A DNA stretch of 61,922 nt, the filler included, from Hausera hauseri (Eukaryota), in the NCBI GenBank assembly GCA_046269625.1. It is 10 parts of 10 records of this genome, joined end to end, with 100 filler letters (N's around TTAATTAATTAA, not from the genome) between each part and the next. Parts side by side here need not be neighbours in the genome. Positions count along the whole stretch, not along the records: positions 5,994 to 14,192 come from JBJURY010734321.1; positions 14,293 to 21,230 come from JBJURY010050108.1; positions 21,331 to 25,902 come from JBJURY010522903.1; 7 more parts are not named here. One strand, written 5' to 3'. Numbering within the stretch: the first letter of the stretch is position 1; each line of letters begins with the position of its first letter. Made by a program: the position numbers and the translations under genes. Below, in pieces: positions 12,205 to 24,780 of the stretch. The notes beneath the pieces are model-generated. The model worked only from the letters and a program-made list of their open reading frames with translations, did not search any database and had not been told where the DNA came from.

Positions 12205-12485
12205 TCGTATAGGTTGGGAAATGGTGTTGTGTGAAACTGGGACAGGCCAATTTTTTCAAGATGTCTGTTATAACCAGATAGGTGGGGAAATGGTGTTGTC
12301 CGTGCTCATAAATGTTAGAAATGCTCACATGTTATAAACTGTCGTGTATATGATGTGATTTGCTCACAATTGCTTAAAATGCTCACATGTTGAAAACTGT
12401 CATGTATACGACTCACCAATCACGTGACAGTCACGTGATACACCCACGCGTCACGCGCTGCATGTGATCAGAGTCACATGACTGC
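12205..12485. repeat. Putative Polinton subterminal region: direct repeats and E-box palindromes
   Basis: taggt(t/g)gggaaatggtgttgt x2, aaatgctcacatgtt..aactgtc.tgtata.ga x2, and clustered TCACGTGA/TCACATGA at 12420-12483. Confidence 0.5.
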
Positions 12486-13379
12486 CATATGATTCCAAAA
12501 CCATGAACGCCTTTGCTCCTACACATTTCATCCGGTCCCACAGGCCCATGTTGGATCCAGACCTCCTCTTTTTGACAGACTTTCCCGTCTTATCGCTTCA
12601 CTCAACCCAAACGATATGTACATCATTCGAACGCCCGTACTCTAAACTACAATCCCACTCATCTATGTCTGCTTAAATTTTGCTTCTGGAAGAAGGTGCT
12701 TTTATTCTTTTGCATTTCCCGGATTTGCTTGAAGTGCTGTAGCGGCGTACTATGCATCATCGAACTCGCCGTGTGTCCATTGACCGGAAACCACGTGACT
12801 CTCACGTAATTGGTCACGATGCGTGGGTGGACCCCCTTTGATCTAGAACGCATTTTCCTCTACTCACTAGCATTCCGTACATCCTTAGTAAACCTGAATT
12901 AATGAAGTTAAATGAAATGGAAAATTGACTTTTTGTTTTTTTTATATAATTTTTTAAGCAAAATGACTTTACTATATTGGATAAATATTTTGATACAACA
13001 GCTTTTAGTGCAATTATCTTTTCGAGATTCTTGTTTACATACACATAAATAATATTTTGTTATTAACTTTGGTCCATTTTAATGTTTAATTTTAAAAGTT
13101 TTAGGTATATAAGGAAATATTAACAATGAATATTAAGATTAATTACAGAGCGTATGCTGCTTGACTGTTTGGTTTCGTAAATGAATGTTTGCTTTGCTGA
13201 ATGTTTGCGTTATTTAGTGTGATTTTATTAGATTATAATTGCCTCGGTATGAATGCACATGATCTCACCAAAGTATCTGCGTCATATACTTCATATATTA
13301 GTCGTATGCGTATTAAATAAAGGCTTTTCAATTTTTCAATTCAATTATATTCAGTCATATGATGTCAGAAAGGAAAAAC

Positions 13380-14095
13380 TTACACTGTTGCAACAAAGGA
13401 AACTCTTAAAACTTTCAGCTAAAACCGTTTGAATTGATATTCATAGATTTTTATTGTCTGCTAAAACTGTCTCCCAAAGGTAAGAAATATATACTGGCAA
13501 TTATCGACCAGTTTAGTAAAGATATAATTCTTCAATCAGTTCAGCGACAAGATGAAACCACATTGGTGAACATATTAGTCCAGAATTTGATATTAAAAAT
13601 TGGAAAATCAAAAACTGTACACTTTGACAGAAAATGCTTTCTTTCAAAGAAATTCGATGATACGTCAAAAATGTTTAATTTCAAAGTACAGTTTTCAAGT
13701 CCCTGTCATCATAAAACTAACGGCCAAGTTGAGAGGCAATTTCGAACTATTCGCTAATGGATAGACTGCTGAATTGAGGATAAATTATTCCGAGATTGAA
13801 CACAAAGTTTACCTTAAGTCAAATTTACATAGAATTCTACGTTTCAAAAAAGTTTGTATATGTTACCGTCAGAAATAATAGAATATAGAACATTTTGCTT
13901 TCAGTCAGAAATCAATTTCAATAAATAAAGATATACAATATGAACAGCCGAAAAGAACTTTCGATATCGGTTACAAGGTACCTTTTAAGTGAGATGTTCT
14001 AAACAAGTCGGACAACAGATTGAAAAGATGCATGAAATATTCTACAGAATTATCGATAAAAATGGTACCTAAAGGATCAGACGTGGAATGGAAAA
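13380..14095 (+). mobile_element. Ty3/gypsy integrase remnant
   Basis: KPFELIFIDF..KKYILAIIDQFSK..FSSPCHHKTNGQVERQFRTIR. Confidence 0.8.
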
Positions 14096-14292
14096 GACCG
14101 TAGTAGGTAGAAGTATCCTCTCCTAACCACTTCCCAAAAAGTGCTCAGATCGAGCTGGAAACCAGTTTTCCCCACCTATCTCGCAATTCTGANNNNNNNN
14201 NNNNNNNNNNNNNNNNNNNNNNNNNNNNNNNNNNNNTTAATTAATTAANNNNNNNNNNNNNNNNNNNNNNNNNNNNNNNNNNNNNNNNNNNN

Positions 14293-15292
14293 TTAATTGG
14301 TGGTTCAGAGAATTCCAAAGTGGACGTGCAGACTTACTCGCAAAGTGGGATCTGGTAGACCAATTTCAGCGAAGAAGAATCAGTCCAGAGATGATATCCT
14401 GTCTGCTGTTGAAGATAATCCATTTTTGACACTGCATGAACTTGAGGACATGCTTGATCTGCCACGGAAGACCATCTGGTTGATACTGCACGAGACTAAC
14501 AAAACAAAGATAAGTATGCGATGGGTGCCTCACCGTCTGACAGAAGCACCGAAACAGGAAAGGTTTGATGCCTGCACTGAAAATCTTCGCAGAATTTGAA
14601 ATGGAGAATTGGACCCCCTAATAATAATATTATGTGATGCAAAGCAGTTCCATTTTTATACGACTTATGGTCACAAACATTCATGGGTATAGCACGATAA
14701 AGGTGGTGAAACAGTGGCCATACCAAAGCCATTGCTAGTCAGTTTCGTAAGCAAGAGACTGTGTTGCGTTTTCATGTCCATTGTGGGTATTGTCTACAAT
14801 CATCGAGTTCTTCAGCACTCCAAAATAACTGCCAATATCTACATCATCGACTGCCTACAGCCGGTTATTGAACTTCTCGGCCAAAAGCAGCAACAACCTA
14901 TATTTTTGCTGCATGATAATAAGCTGCCGCATATTGCTCATATGGTGAAACATTTTTTGCGTCACTCAAATGTCTCAGTCATCCGCCATCCCACATATTC
15001 CCCAGGCATTTCACCTTGCGATTTTTTCATATTTTCCCGTCTGAGCAAATTTCTTGCAGGTAAAAGATATGAAAATGATGAAGTGTCGGATAAAGCTGTG
15101 TTCGACGCCATTGCCTCAATTCCTAAAGAAAAATTTGTAGCCACCTTTCATTAGTGGACTGAACGATTACAGTTGGTGGTCGAACACAAAGGAGACTATT
15201 TGAGTGAACATCTTTTGGATTAAATAAAATCATATAATCACTTTTAGCTATTTGTTTGATACCTTGCTATTACTTTGAAATTGCCATACGTA
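14293..15292 (+). mobile_element. mariner transposon remnant
   Basis: GSGRP, WVPHRLT, LLHDNKLPH (HDNARPH), HPTYSPGISPCDFFIF (YSPDLAPxD). Probable 3' TIR ends ...ccatacgTA near 15292. Confidence 0.9.
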
Positions 15293-15432
15293 TACATGAA
15301 TGTTTACTGAACTATAGGTTTTTTGGTCAACAAAGATAATTAACATGTACAAAAGTGTTCACTCAAAGTCTAATTGAAAAATTAATTTTCCGACAAAGTG
15401 AAAAACTTATCTATTAGCACTATACATTTTAA

Positions 15433-17181
15433 CACCAGAATGACCAGTGCGTCAATGGACGCATTTCAGAATAAAATTGTTACTCTCATGAAGGTGTCAT
15501 GAAACACAGTAACGAAAAATTGTGAATTCGTTAGTAACATCAAAAGCTTTAAAAATTATAGAAAAATATAAGGCCAAAAAATTGTTTTTGAATTTCACGT
15601 AAAAATACCTAGAATGTCCAATGTGTATTAATTGACTCAAGCAGCCGGACACAATCATTGCATATATTGATGGTCTAAACCATATCTAAACTATTTTACA
15701 GAAACCATCAAAGATAGATCAGATCTAAGACGTCTATTTGTACGTATTACAAATATTTGCATGACATTTTCCGCAGACTGGAAACATGCATTTGTCACAT
15801 CTGGTAACTGGGGGATTTCTGTTACAGTTTGTTTTGATCACACAGTTTACGCGTTTTGACAGTTTCTCATCAGGTTTCTGTGTATCTGCTGAGGTGTTGC
15901 TTGATCTTCTGGTGACTTCTGTCTGCCTTAACTCCTGAGACAGCTGGTATAAGAAATGCCTTCTTGAGATCGAACTGTTTGTTTTCTTGAATATTATCCA
16001 TGCATTTATTGCTGCAAAATCCAGAATGTTGCAGAAGGCCGAAAAAGTCCAACGCCGACAAGCAGCCTTTGTAGACATTTGTCGGCACATGGAGTCGAAC
16101 ACGTCAACACCACACGTTTTCATTATAGTATAGAATGCTTTCAGGCTTCATTTTTCCGTCAAACTGACAAACCACTCTTTTATGAAGTGTAGACAAAACT
16201 CTGACTGATTTATGCCACATTCATTGATTCACTCTCATAGAAAATAGACTCGTGCAGTTTCAACTGAGTTGAAGGTGGCAATTCTCTGCGATTGAGCCGT
16301 GTGGTACCAACTAAGGAAGTGCGAAGTTCTCAGCCAGATCATGACTGGTGAAGAAATTATCGACAGTAATATTGTAGCCGCGGTTCAGAAATGGTTCTTT
16401 CAGAGACATAACCACGTGTTTTCAGACTGTTGACTCTGTCGTTATCTTTTCCGATATATAGCGTGATATTCGGACAGTATTTTGAATTCGAGTATCCAAT
16501 ACTTAATACAAAACTTATCGGATTTATTTGGCATACACCTCTTGTGGCTGTCGTCCTTTGTTGACGTCTTGGTTGACACGTTGATGGAGTCTACAGTGGC
16601 ACTATCACCGGTGCTGAATTCTTGGTATCAGAACGTTTACGCGTTGAACGTTTACCTGTTGGTTTTTTCTGCTGAGAAACCAACAATGATTTTGTAGCAT
16701 TGGTAGCAGGAGGCGTATCTGTAACTGGAGTCAGCTGTTGCACTGCTTTACTTTTCTTAGCTTTTGATGGCATTTTCTGCAGAAAAATATCAGTAATGCA
16801 TGAGATCGAAAAACATGGACTTTTTTACATGGTATTTTACACGAAACAGTTGNNNNNNNNNNAGTATTCACGAAATGTGATGACTAAATCATAATGCATG
16901 CGGAATATATAGAATAATTTGGTACTTTGCAACAAATTATTGCAGTAAATAAATATTACCCTAATGTACAAAAATAACACCATAATGTGAAGTACACAAA
17001 GTAAACGTAGACAATTAGTACAAAGAATACTTAAAATAATTACTTGTTATTATAAGTAAGCAAGTTACGTGTTAATCCTGAAGTCCACAGCAGCGTTAGC
17101 TGATCATTCAGCGGGTATGCGGTGGTGCGTCAATTGACGTATTTGGTCATTCAAGACATGTACAGTCCGGTTCTCCTAGTG
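15433..17181 (-). mobile_element. piggyBac (PGBD4-like) element, internally deleted
   Basis: Transposase pieces MPNKSDKFCIKYW, DNFFTS, SLVGT, GVDVFDSMC, RRW..NILDFAAINAW and a C-terminal Cys-rich domain. Left end TTAA|CACCAGAATGACC; right end GGTTCTCCTAGTG|TTAT. Confidence 0.88.
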
Positions 17182-17705
17182 TTATTAAATAATAAAAATT
17201 AACAAAATGCCAACAAAGCTCTATGGCGTTATAGCATTGGTGGGTGAAGTGAATTTGGCGACTGAAATGAGCCCCAACTTCTGACTAATGCCTTTCGATG
17301 TTTTGCGCTATTTACGAAACGACGAGATCTCATTTATAAATGATAATATTATCGTAGCCCCTGAAATATTTAGTTATGTATAAAATCAGTTACAGGGTCA
17401 TCTTGTGGCTATTTGACGCTGATAGATGATACTTTGTTGAAAATATCTTGAAGGGCTACAAGGTAAAAGATAAGTTTGATTATCCAACAAAATTGTAACA
17501 CAAACCGAGGAATTAATTTAAATTATTGAATATTTTTTACTTTTAAGGCGACGATGTCATTAATTATTAATTTTCTAATATGTAAATTTAACAAAATTAG
17601 TTATTGTTTAAATAAATAGCTTAGCGTTGCTTTTATCGATAATAACAGACTTTCCATGTAATTTCGTATCTACGGAAGAAATTTTCATCAATATTATTCA
17701 TTCAG

Positions 17706-18170
17706 AAGAGTAAATCTCTTGATGCGAGACATGTTAAGAACTTGTCAATTCAGCTTCTTAAAGGCTTGGAATTCCTTCATTATCATTACATTGTACACCG
17801 TGATTTGAAACCGAATAATATCTTTCTGAACACACAAAACCAATTGAAGATAGGCGATTTCGGTTTAGCAAGGCATCTAAGCGATGATCCTGAGCGTAAA
17901 ATGACGACTCAGGTTGTTACTCTTTGGTACCGTTGTCCGGAGTTACTCTTTGGAGTAAATCTGTATGGTTTTGGAGTTGATATGTGGTCAGTGGGTTGCA
18001 TTATTGCTGAAATGTACTTGAAGGGCCCTCTGTTTCCTGGGCAAACCGATATGGATCAAATAACTAAAATATTTGAGGTGCTTTTTACACTTTGTATGGG
18101 GTATTTTATGGTCAATAGGTACTTGGGTCACCTAATGAATCTGACTGGCCTGATTATAGACGTGTAAATC
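17706..18170 (+). CDS. CDK7: CDK7-like cyclin-dependent kinase, exon fragments
   Basis: HRDLKPNN, DFGLAR, TQVVTLWYRCPELLFG, YGFGVDMWSVGCI, PGQTDMDQITKIFE. Removing a GT..AG intron at 18078-18118 restores VLGSPNESDWP. Kinase call is firm; subfamily is less so. Confidence 0.75.
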
Positions 18171-18504
18171 CTAAGCTCGATTTATCTATTTGCTTTGTTC
18201 AAGATGGATTTGCATATGTAGTTTTCTTACCGGTAGTAGGAATTGATGCAAATGACTGAGTCATGCAATATATAAGGATAAAGTATAAGGATGTTCCATT
18301 AAATACGGAAAAAGAAAAAAAGATTGTATTAATTTGTGTAATTCATTTTGATTAAAGCTTGATTTGCCAACTTCTTTTGTTGTCTACTTACTTCATTCAG
18401 TTAATTTCAGTCAAGATTTTGATGAATCATGCAATTTATGTAAAGTATTTTTTGCTGGTCATAATAAGTCTTTTTATATTTGGATTTTTCTGTCAGAATT
18501 ACTT

Positions 18505-20978
18505 ATGTAAAACGCTTTGAAAGTGGTGCTCAGAAAAGAAAGCTTAAAGCCAAAGATGAGATACATCCATAAACTTCCAAAAATTAGTGCAGTTCTTTCT
18601 GTTCATTTTTCTGCTACTCCTGCCAGAACTTCAACCTAAGCTGCAGAAAATTCCGCTGTCGTCGAAAACTATCCTGAAGGTAAAGTTCCTCCACATCTGT
18701 TCATGCTTCTTGAAATTCTTTGACTACTGCAGGAACCAATTATTCTTTTCCTATGAGGGATCTTGCTCTCTGGAACACTGCAGATTATACAATTGTTGAT
18801 TAATGGATTCGGTGTGGACCTGAAACATGTAGGAATCGCGATGGCCACTACACCAAATCATCCAGGATCATGCATAGAATAAATAGGAAGTTCAATGATT
18901 CGGCATTTGTGAAAACTCTTCCGTCCGGTGAAACGAAGCAACGGAACTGGTTGCTGTATTCGCCGTCGACTGGTAGTGTTTTTTGTTTTGTTTGCCTATT
19001 ATTTCCCAACAGCCAATCATGTTTGGCAAAAGATGGATTCGATGCATGGGATCACATAAACAGACTCTCAGAACATTAAGAATCTGCTAATAATCGGTGA
19101 GCACTGACTCAATATTCTACTCAAGTAACCAACAAAGAGACATTGGATCGTGTTCTAGTTGAAGAATATGAAAAAGCGAAACATTATTTGACAGAAGTCC
19201 TGAAAAGTATTGAGTCTACTGTGAAATTTTTGACTGGTCGAGGTCTAGTATTTCGTGGATTTGATGAGAAATATGGCAGCTTTAGCAACGGAAACTTTCT
19301 TGCATGCTTGGAGTTGTTGGCCGAGTATGATCCATTCTTAACAGGGCATATTGAAAGGTATGGTAACTCAGGACGTGGTAAAACATCCTATCTTTCTTCA
19401 ACAACCTGTGAGGAATTTATTGAACTGATGACTAGTTACTTAAAGAATGAAGATTGCGAAGTACTTTTCGTTTACTCTAGACCACTCCGGACATTACACA
19501 TGTCGATTAATTGACTTTTACTATTCGTTATGTTTCAACTAATGATATTCCAGTTGAGAGATATCTACTGTTCGTTCCTATTGCTTCTCATATTGGTGAA
19601 ACTTTGCACCAAGTTATCAGAACAACATTTTAAGATCTTGAAATACCTTTGGGTGCCTGTGTCGGGCAGATGTATGACAAAGTCTCCAACATGTTCGGAA
19701 TTTACAACGGAGTTCAAGCTAAAGTGCTCAATGACAACACCAGATCAGTTTTCATCCCCTATATGGCTTATTCTCTAAATCTTTCTGGTAATACTGCAGC
19801 AGAATCCTGTGTCCAAGCAGTTACCTTCTTCGGAGTTGTACAGAAAGTATACGTGTTTCTGTCGACCTATACTTCGCGGTGGAATGCGCTCTGGGAGAAG
19901 TTGATAACTACTGGTGGTGATGGATCTGTTCCTAAGCGGCTGAGTGAAACTTGGTGGGCAGCACGTGCTGATGTGCTCAATAGTTTGAACGCCAACTACC
20001 AAATGTACCTTGAAGTTACGCAACAGATCGTCAAAGACCCGTTGCAGAAGAAAGCTACTCGAGTTGAGGCTGGTTCAATCATCAAAACACCGGTGAAGCT
20101 GGAAACAAGTTTGCTGACATCATTTTCTTGTGTTCTGAATAGGATAAACATGACCAATAAGCTTCTCCAGCCTGAAAAAGCTGACATGGGATTTTCAGTT
20201 TGTCTTCTTAAATCACTGAGTGAGTTTGTCGGAATGCTACGGGAGGAAAACAAGTTCGAAGAGTTTGTTGAGGTGGAAAAGAAACTGTTTGGATCTTCAG
20301 ATTTTTCTGAGAAGCGGAAAAAGTACTACCGGCGAACTGCAGATGATCAAAGTGCTCAACGCGTCACCATGTCTACCTCAGAAGAAGAATTCCGAATATT
20401 CACTTTTCTGGTGATTATTGATTTCCTTCTTCGTGATGTAGGCAAGAGAATCAAAGCGTACTGAAAGGCCAACGAGAGGGTCTCGTTTTTGCGATACACT
20501 GATGTGGAAGTAAATGTTTCTTTGAATGGAGTCGTAGATTTCTACTCCAAAGATGCAGAAGATGTGAACATAGTTGAGAATGAATAGATTCAGTGGAGGT
20601 GATGATTTCAGCACATCCTTCCAGAATACCCACATTCTTTTTTTGTCTCTATTTGACTCTGACAAACGCATTAAATCTACTCTAAGATCAGCACAAGTAC
20701 AAGAGTGACTAAATAACCTATCTCTGTTGAACATTGAAAGTGATTTGCTTCATGAGTTACACTTTTCCTTAGTCATTGATGCTTATTGCTCAGTTAAATG
20801 TATGAAGAGATCTTTCTGATTAAATTTGTATATACCAATATCATATGCAAATATTGTACATTTTTGTGCCTGTCTTCGTCAAAAATATAATAGAATTTGA
20901 TGTTAAAAATCGATTTTGACATTTGAGGGACTCTTTTTCAAAGTGCACCAAGACCTCCAAAGTCTTAATCCCACTCTG
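18505..20978 (+). mobile_element. hAT (Charlie/ZMYM1-like) transposon remnant
   Basis: ESGAQKRK, TTF-type finger RNWLLYS..VFCFVC, LVFRG, NGNFL..LLAEYD, YLSST, GQMYD..NM.G, AYSLNL, KRLSETWW and the dimerisation tail LRS..LNNLSLLNIE. Confidence 0.9.
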
Positions 20979-21330
20979 TATACACCGTATATAGTTATAA
21001 ATATTGCGCAGAATATCAACTAATACATTATAGTTAATATTGTCTAATTTATTAAATGTATATAGTTATTTTTTAATCTACAAATTACATACATGTTTTT
21101 CAAATGTCCAATATTTGTGAAATTTCGACGACCAGTATTATTTTTCCATACTTTAAATACATTGATTTCTAATTTTAACAAATTTACCATCAAATACGTT
21201 GACAAAATTTGCCAGAAAGAGACGATACGANNNNNNNNNNNNNNNNNNNNNNNNNNNNNNNNNNNNNNNNNNNNTTAATTAATTAANNNNNNNNNNNNNN
21301 NNNNNNNNNNNNNNNNNNNNNNNNNNNNNN

Positions 21331-24300
21331 TCTAAATTGTCGTTGATCTTACCAAACTTTCGGTCCACGTTTCGTTGGACGTTTACCGTCGCTAACGTCC
21401 GCACAGCAATCTTAGGTTCGGATTTCTTATCATACTATAATCTTTTAGTTGATTGAAAACAACAATGTCTGAAACGTAATATTAGTGGATATCTTACCGA
21501 GCGACTAAATAGTATATCCGCTAAGGCGCAAACGATCTTCCCGCGGAAGCCTATACTCAAAAATACTGTAAGTAATAAAACTTTTTCAACAAAAATTTTT
21601 CATTTCGTAAATTTTTTAATGATAATGTCGATATTGAGTCGAGATTTGGTTTTGACAACTACGATTGTGTTGATTCAGTACATTCACTAGACAAAATTAC
21701 CTCTTCAAACATTATTTTTAATACTACTATTCTACACCAAATTTCCCTTGATTTCAGTAACTCGCAAACATTACTCGTCACTGCACATAGTGACTCAACA
21801 CCACCACCATCACTTAATCTCTCGCAATTGCCTGCAAGTCTACGGCAATATATATACACACTGCATGCTACCGCTTAATCCAGAAAGACCGAACCTTCAA
21901 ACATACAAACAACACTTTTGATCACATCATAACGCAACACCAAAAACCTAAAGGCAAAAGGTACGTCCATTCTCACCTCATCGTAGGCAAGCTGTAGAAG
22001 CGGAATTTCTAGACCTTGAACGCTCCGGAATTATATGCAGATTTAAATTGTCATGGTCTTCGCCTTTACACATTGTCCAAAAAAAAGGTTCCTTCCGACT
22101 ATGCGGTGATTACCGTCAGCTGAACACTATAACTGTTATGGATGTATACCCTTTACCATTAATTAAGGATATCCTGCACCGGCTCAATTCCACTGCAGTA
22201 TATTCAACCATATACTTAGCCAAGGAATATTGTCAAATTCCTGTAGCACCCGAGGACATCGAGGAAACTGCCGTTACGACACCTTTCGGCTTATACAAAT
22301 ACATTTATACGCCTTTTGGTTTACGCAACGCCGCATAGACCTTCCAACGTCACATCGACTCTATCCTTTCGGATTTCACTTTCGCGCATCCATATATCGA
22401 CGATATCTTGATTGCTTCGCCTTAATCCAAAGCGCATAAGGAACACCTTCTTTCTATTTTTCAACGACTTAACCACAATAATTTACAAATTAATTTTATG
22501 AAATATCACTTCTTCCAAAAGCGCATTAACTTTTTCGGATACGCCATTTTGGCAAATGGTCATTTTCCCCAGCCAGAACATGTTGAAGCTCTCAAAAGTA
22601 TACAACTACCTCGAACAACAACAAAAATGAGGAGTTTTTTGGGAACTTTGCACTTTGTGCACAAGTATGTGCCGTACTGCTCTGAACTTACTGCACCATT
22701 TGCTCACTTAAACGGCAGCAAATATCATTAGCCAATCCAGTGGACACCTGACCTGGTTGATAAATTTGATAAGTTAAGCGAAGGAATTAAGACCGTCGAC
22801 ATTCTCGCTTTCCCCAACCTGATGCAGAACTCATGTTTTACTACAGACGCTTCAACCACTGCGTTAGGTGCAATGCTTCACCAAATACACAAAGGAGAAA
22901 ATCAAACATTAGAATTTTTCTCTAGTAATCTAACATCCCCTGAAACTCGATATTCAACGTTCGATCGAAAATTATTGGTCATAGTTCTCGCTTTAAAGCA
23001 TTTCTCCCACCTACTTGTCGCTCGCCATTTTAATATACAGACCGATCACAAGCCCTTATTTAACATAATGGCTATGAAACATGCTTCCACACGCCAAGAA
23101 CGACAAATATCATACTTACCGACATTTAACTTCGACATAAAACATATTAACGGGGTTAATAATTTGGTTGCCGATTACCTATCTAGGACGGTTGGTTCGA
23201 TTAATTTTTCACCAATCTTCTCTCAAATACAACTCCAACATAACCAGCCACCTCACGACACGCTTAATTCTTTTAAGTCTTACACAACCGTTGACGGCGT
23301 GGCTTTAGACACTTCCAAACCAGGTCATTCCGTAATAATTCTCGCACCACCTTTACAACGGCAAGCGTTTAACAGTGTACATTCGCTACACCACCCTGGC
23401 GCTAAGGCCACTTTTCGTTTACTCCACCGACAGGTAATTTGGCCGTCAGTGCGTTCAGATGTGCAAGCGTGGGTTAAGGAGTGCGTGGCTTGCCAGAAAT
23501 TTAAAACCACCAAACATTTGAAGCCACCATTATATCATTTTTCTTGCACATCACGTTTCGGGTCTGTTCATGTTGATCTCGTTGGCCCTCTTCCTCCTGA
23601 CAAAGGTCATCAGGTCATTTTGACCATAATGTATCGTTCCTCACATTGGCCAGAAGTTGTCGCCCTACGGAGTACTAACACGGATACAATAGCCGACGTT
23701 TTTATACGCACTTGGATCAGCAGATATGGATCCCCTAGATTCATTATTACGGACCAAGGTACTTAGTTTGAGTCCAGTTTGTTTAAATCTCTAGTTAACC
23801 GATTAGGAATCAGCCATATACACACATCACCGTATCACCCCCAATTGAATGGTCTTCTAGAGAGATTCCACAGAACACTAAAACGTCACTGAGAATCCTC
23901 GTAGAATCCAATAACAGTTGGACTACTCTTCTGTTGGTTCTTCTGGGTTGGCGTAACACCCCTTCTACTTCTACTGGATGTTCACCTACGGAAGCACTAT
24001 TAGGAACGCCTGTACGTTCATTATTTGAGTTAACTGCCTTGGAAGATACATCTACAGACGAAGCTATCCGAACGGCACAGAATCATTTTGTCTCAGTCAG
24101 CAAAGACTCATTCTGCAGAGTAATACATAACAATAAAACGTACCTACCCGACGACTTATACTCTGCAAAGTTTGTTTGGTTGAGAAACCAGACACCGTGC
24201 GGTTTTCAACCATGGTATTTGGGGCCCTACAAACTCATTCAATTGCATTCCCACAATGTCATTATTTTTAAAGACGGTAAGGAACTAGCGGTGCATATAA

Positions 24301-24780
24301 ACAACGTAAAGTCTGCTTTTTTCGTAGATGATATCCCTCCCCCAATTGAGTCTTCTACCCCATTTTTGACTCCTCCACCTTTTCCTCCTTCAGTTCCTCC
24401 ACCACCTCCATCCCTTTCCATGCCGACCCCTATTTCTACTTCTCTACCAGAATCTCCTACAAGCTCCAATTCTACTACCCTAACAACTTTTACTTCCTCT
24501 TCACCTACATCTTATCCTCCATCTTCTTCTCCGTCCTTGTACGACTCAACACCTAACACGACCAAACCCGTCTTTGTTGTATCTCAATCACCTCAACATG
24601 AAGTTTCAAAGACATTGAAAATTCACAAATCAGTCACATTTAGTACCTACAGTAAGGCGATAAACACTGCAGGAGTACAACGTCTTACCCACACAAAGAC
24701 CACTTACACTGCCTGCACCGTTTCTACCCATTTTCTACCTTCTTACCTCTCTAGTCTTTGCTTTGCCACGGGGGCTGATG
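21331..24780 (+). mobile_element. Ty3/gypsy LTR retrotransposon pol (RT-RNase H-integrase), decayed
   Basis: WSSPLHIV, FRLCGDYRQLN, YPLP, PFGLRNA, YIDDIL, TDAS, YSTFDRKLL, TDHKPL, ADYLSR, H..HPG/C..CQ, VHVDLVGPLP, ITDQG. G-rich PPT at ~24769. Confidence 0.95.

Larger units (their letters stand above)
5994..12490. mobile_element. Endogenous Maverick/Polinton-like virus (decayed; left part cut by contig end)
   Basis: Compact cluster of packaging ATPase, core-like protein, retroviral-type integrase, two minor capsid genes, pX-like gene, major capsid protein and adenain protease, followed by a repeat-rich terminal region. Confidence 0.93.

Noticed and set aside
12205-12410. CRISPR-like repeats
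   Set aside because: Only pairs of imperfect repeats, in eukaryotic DNA with no cas genes.
24340-24560. Pro/Ser-rich stretch
   Set aside because: Low-complexity tail of the gypsy integrase region, not a separate gene.
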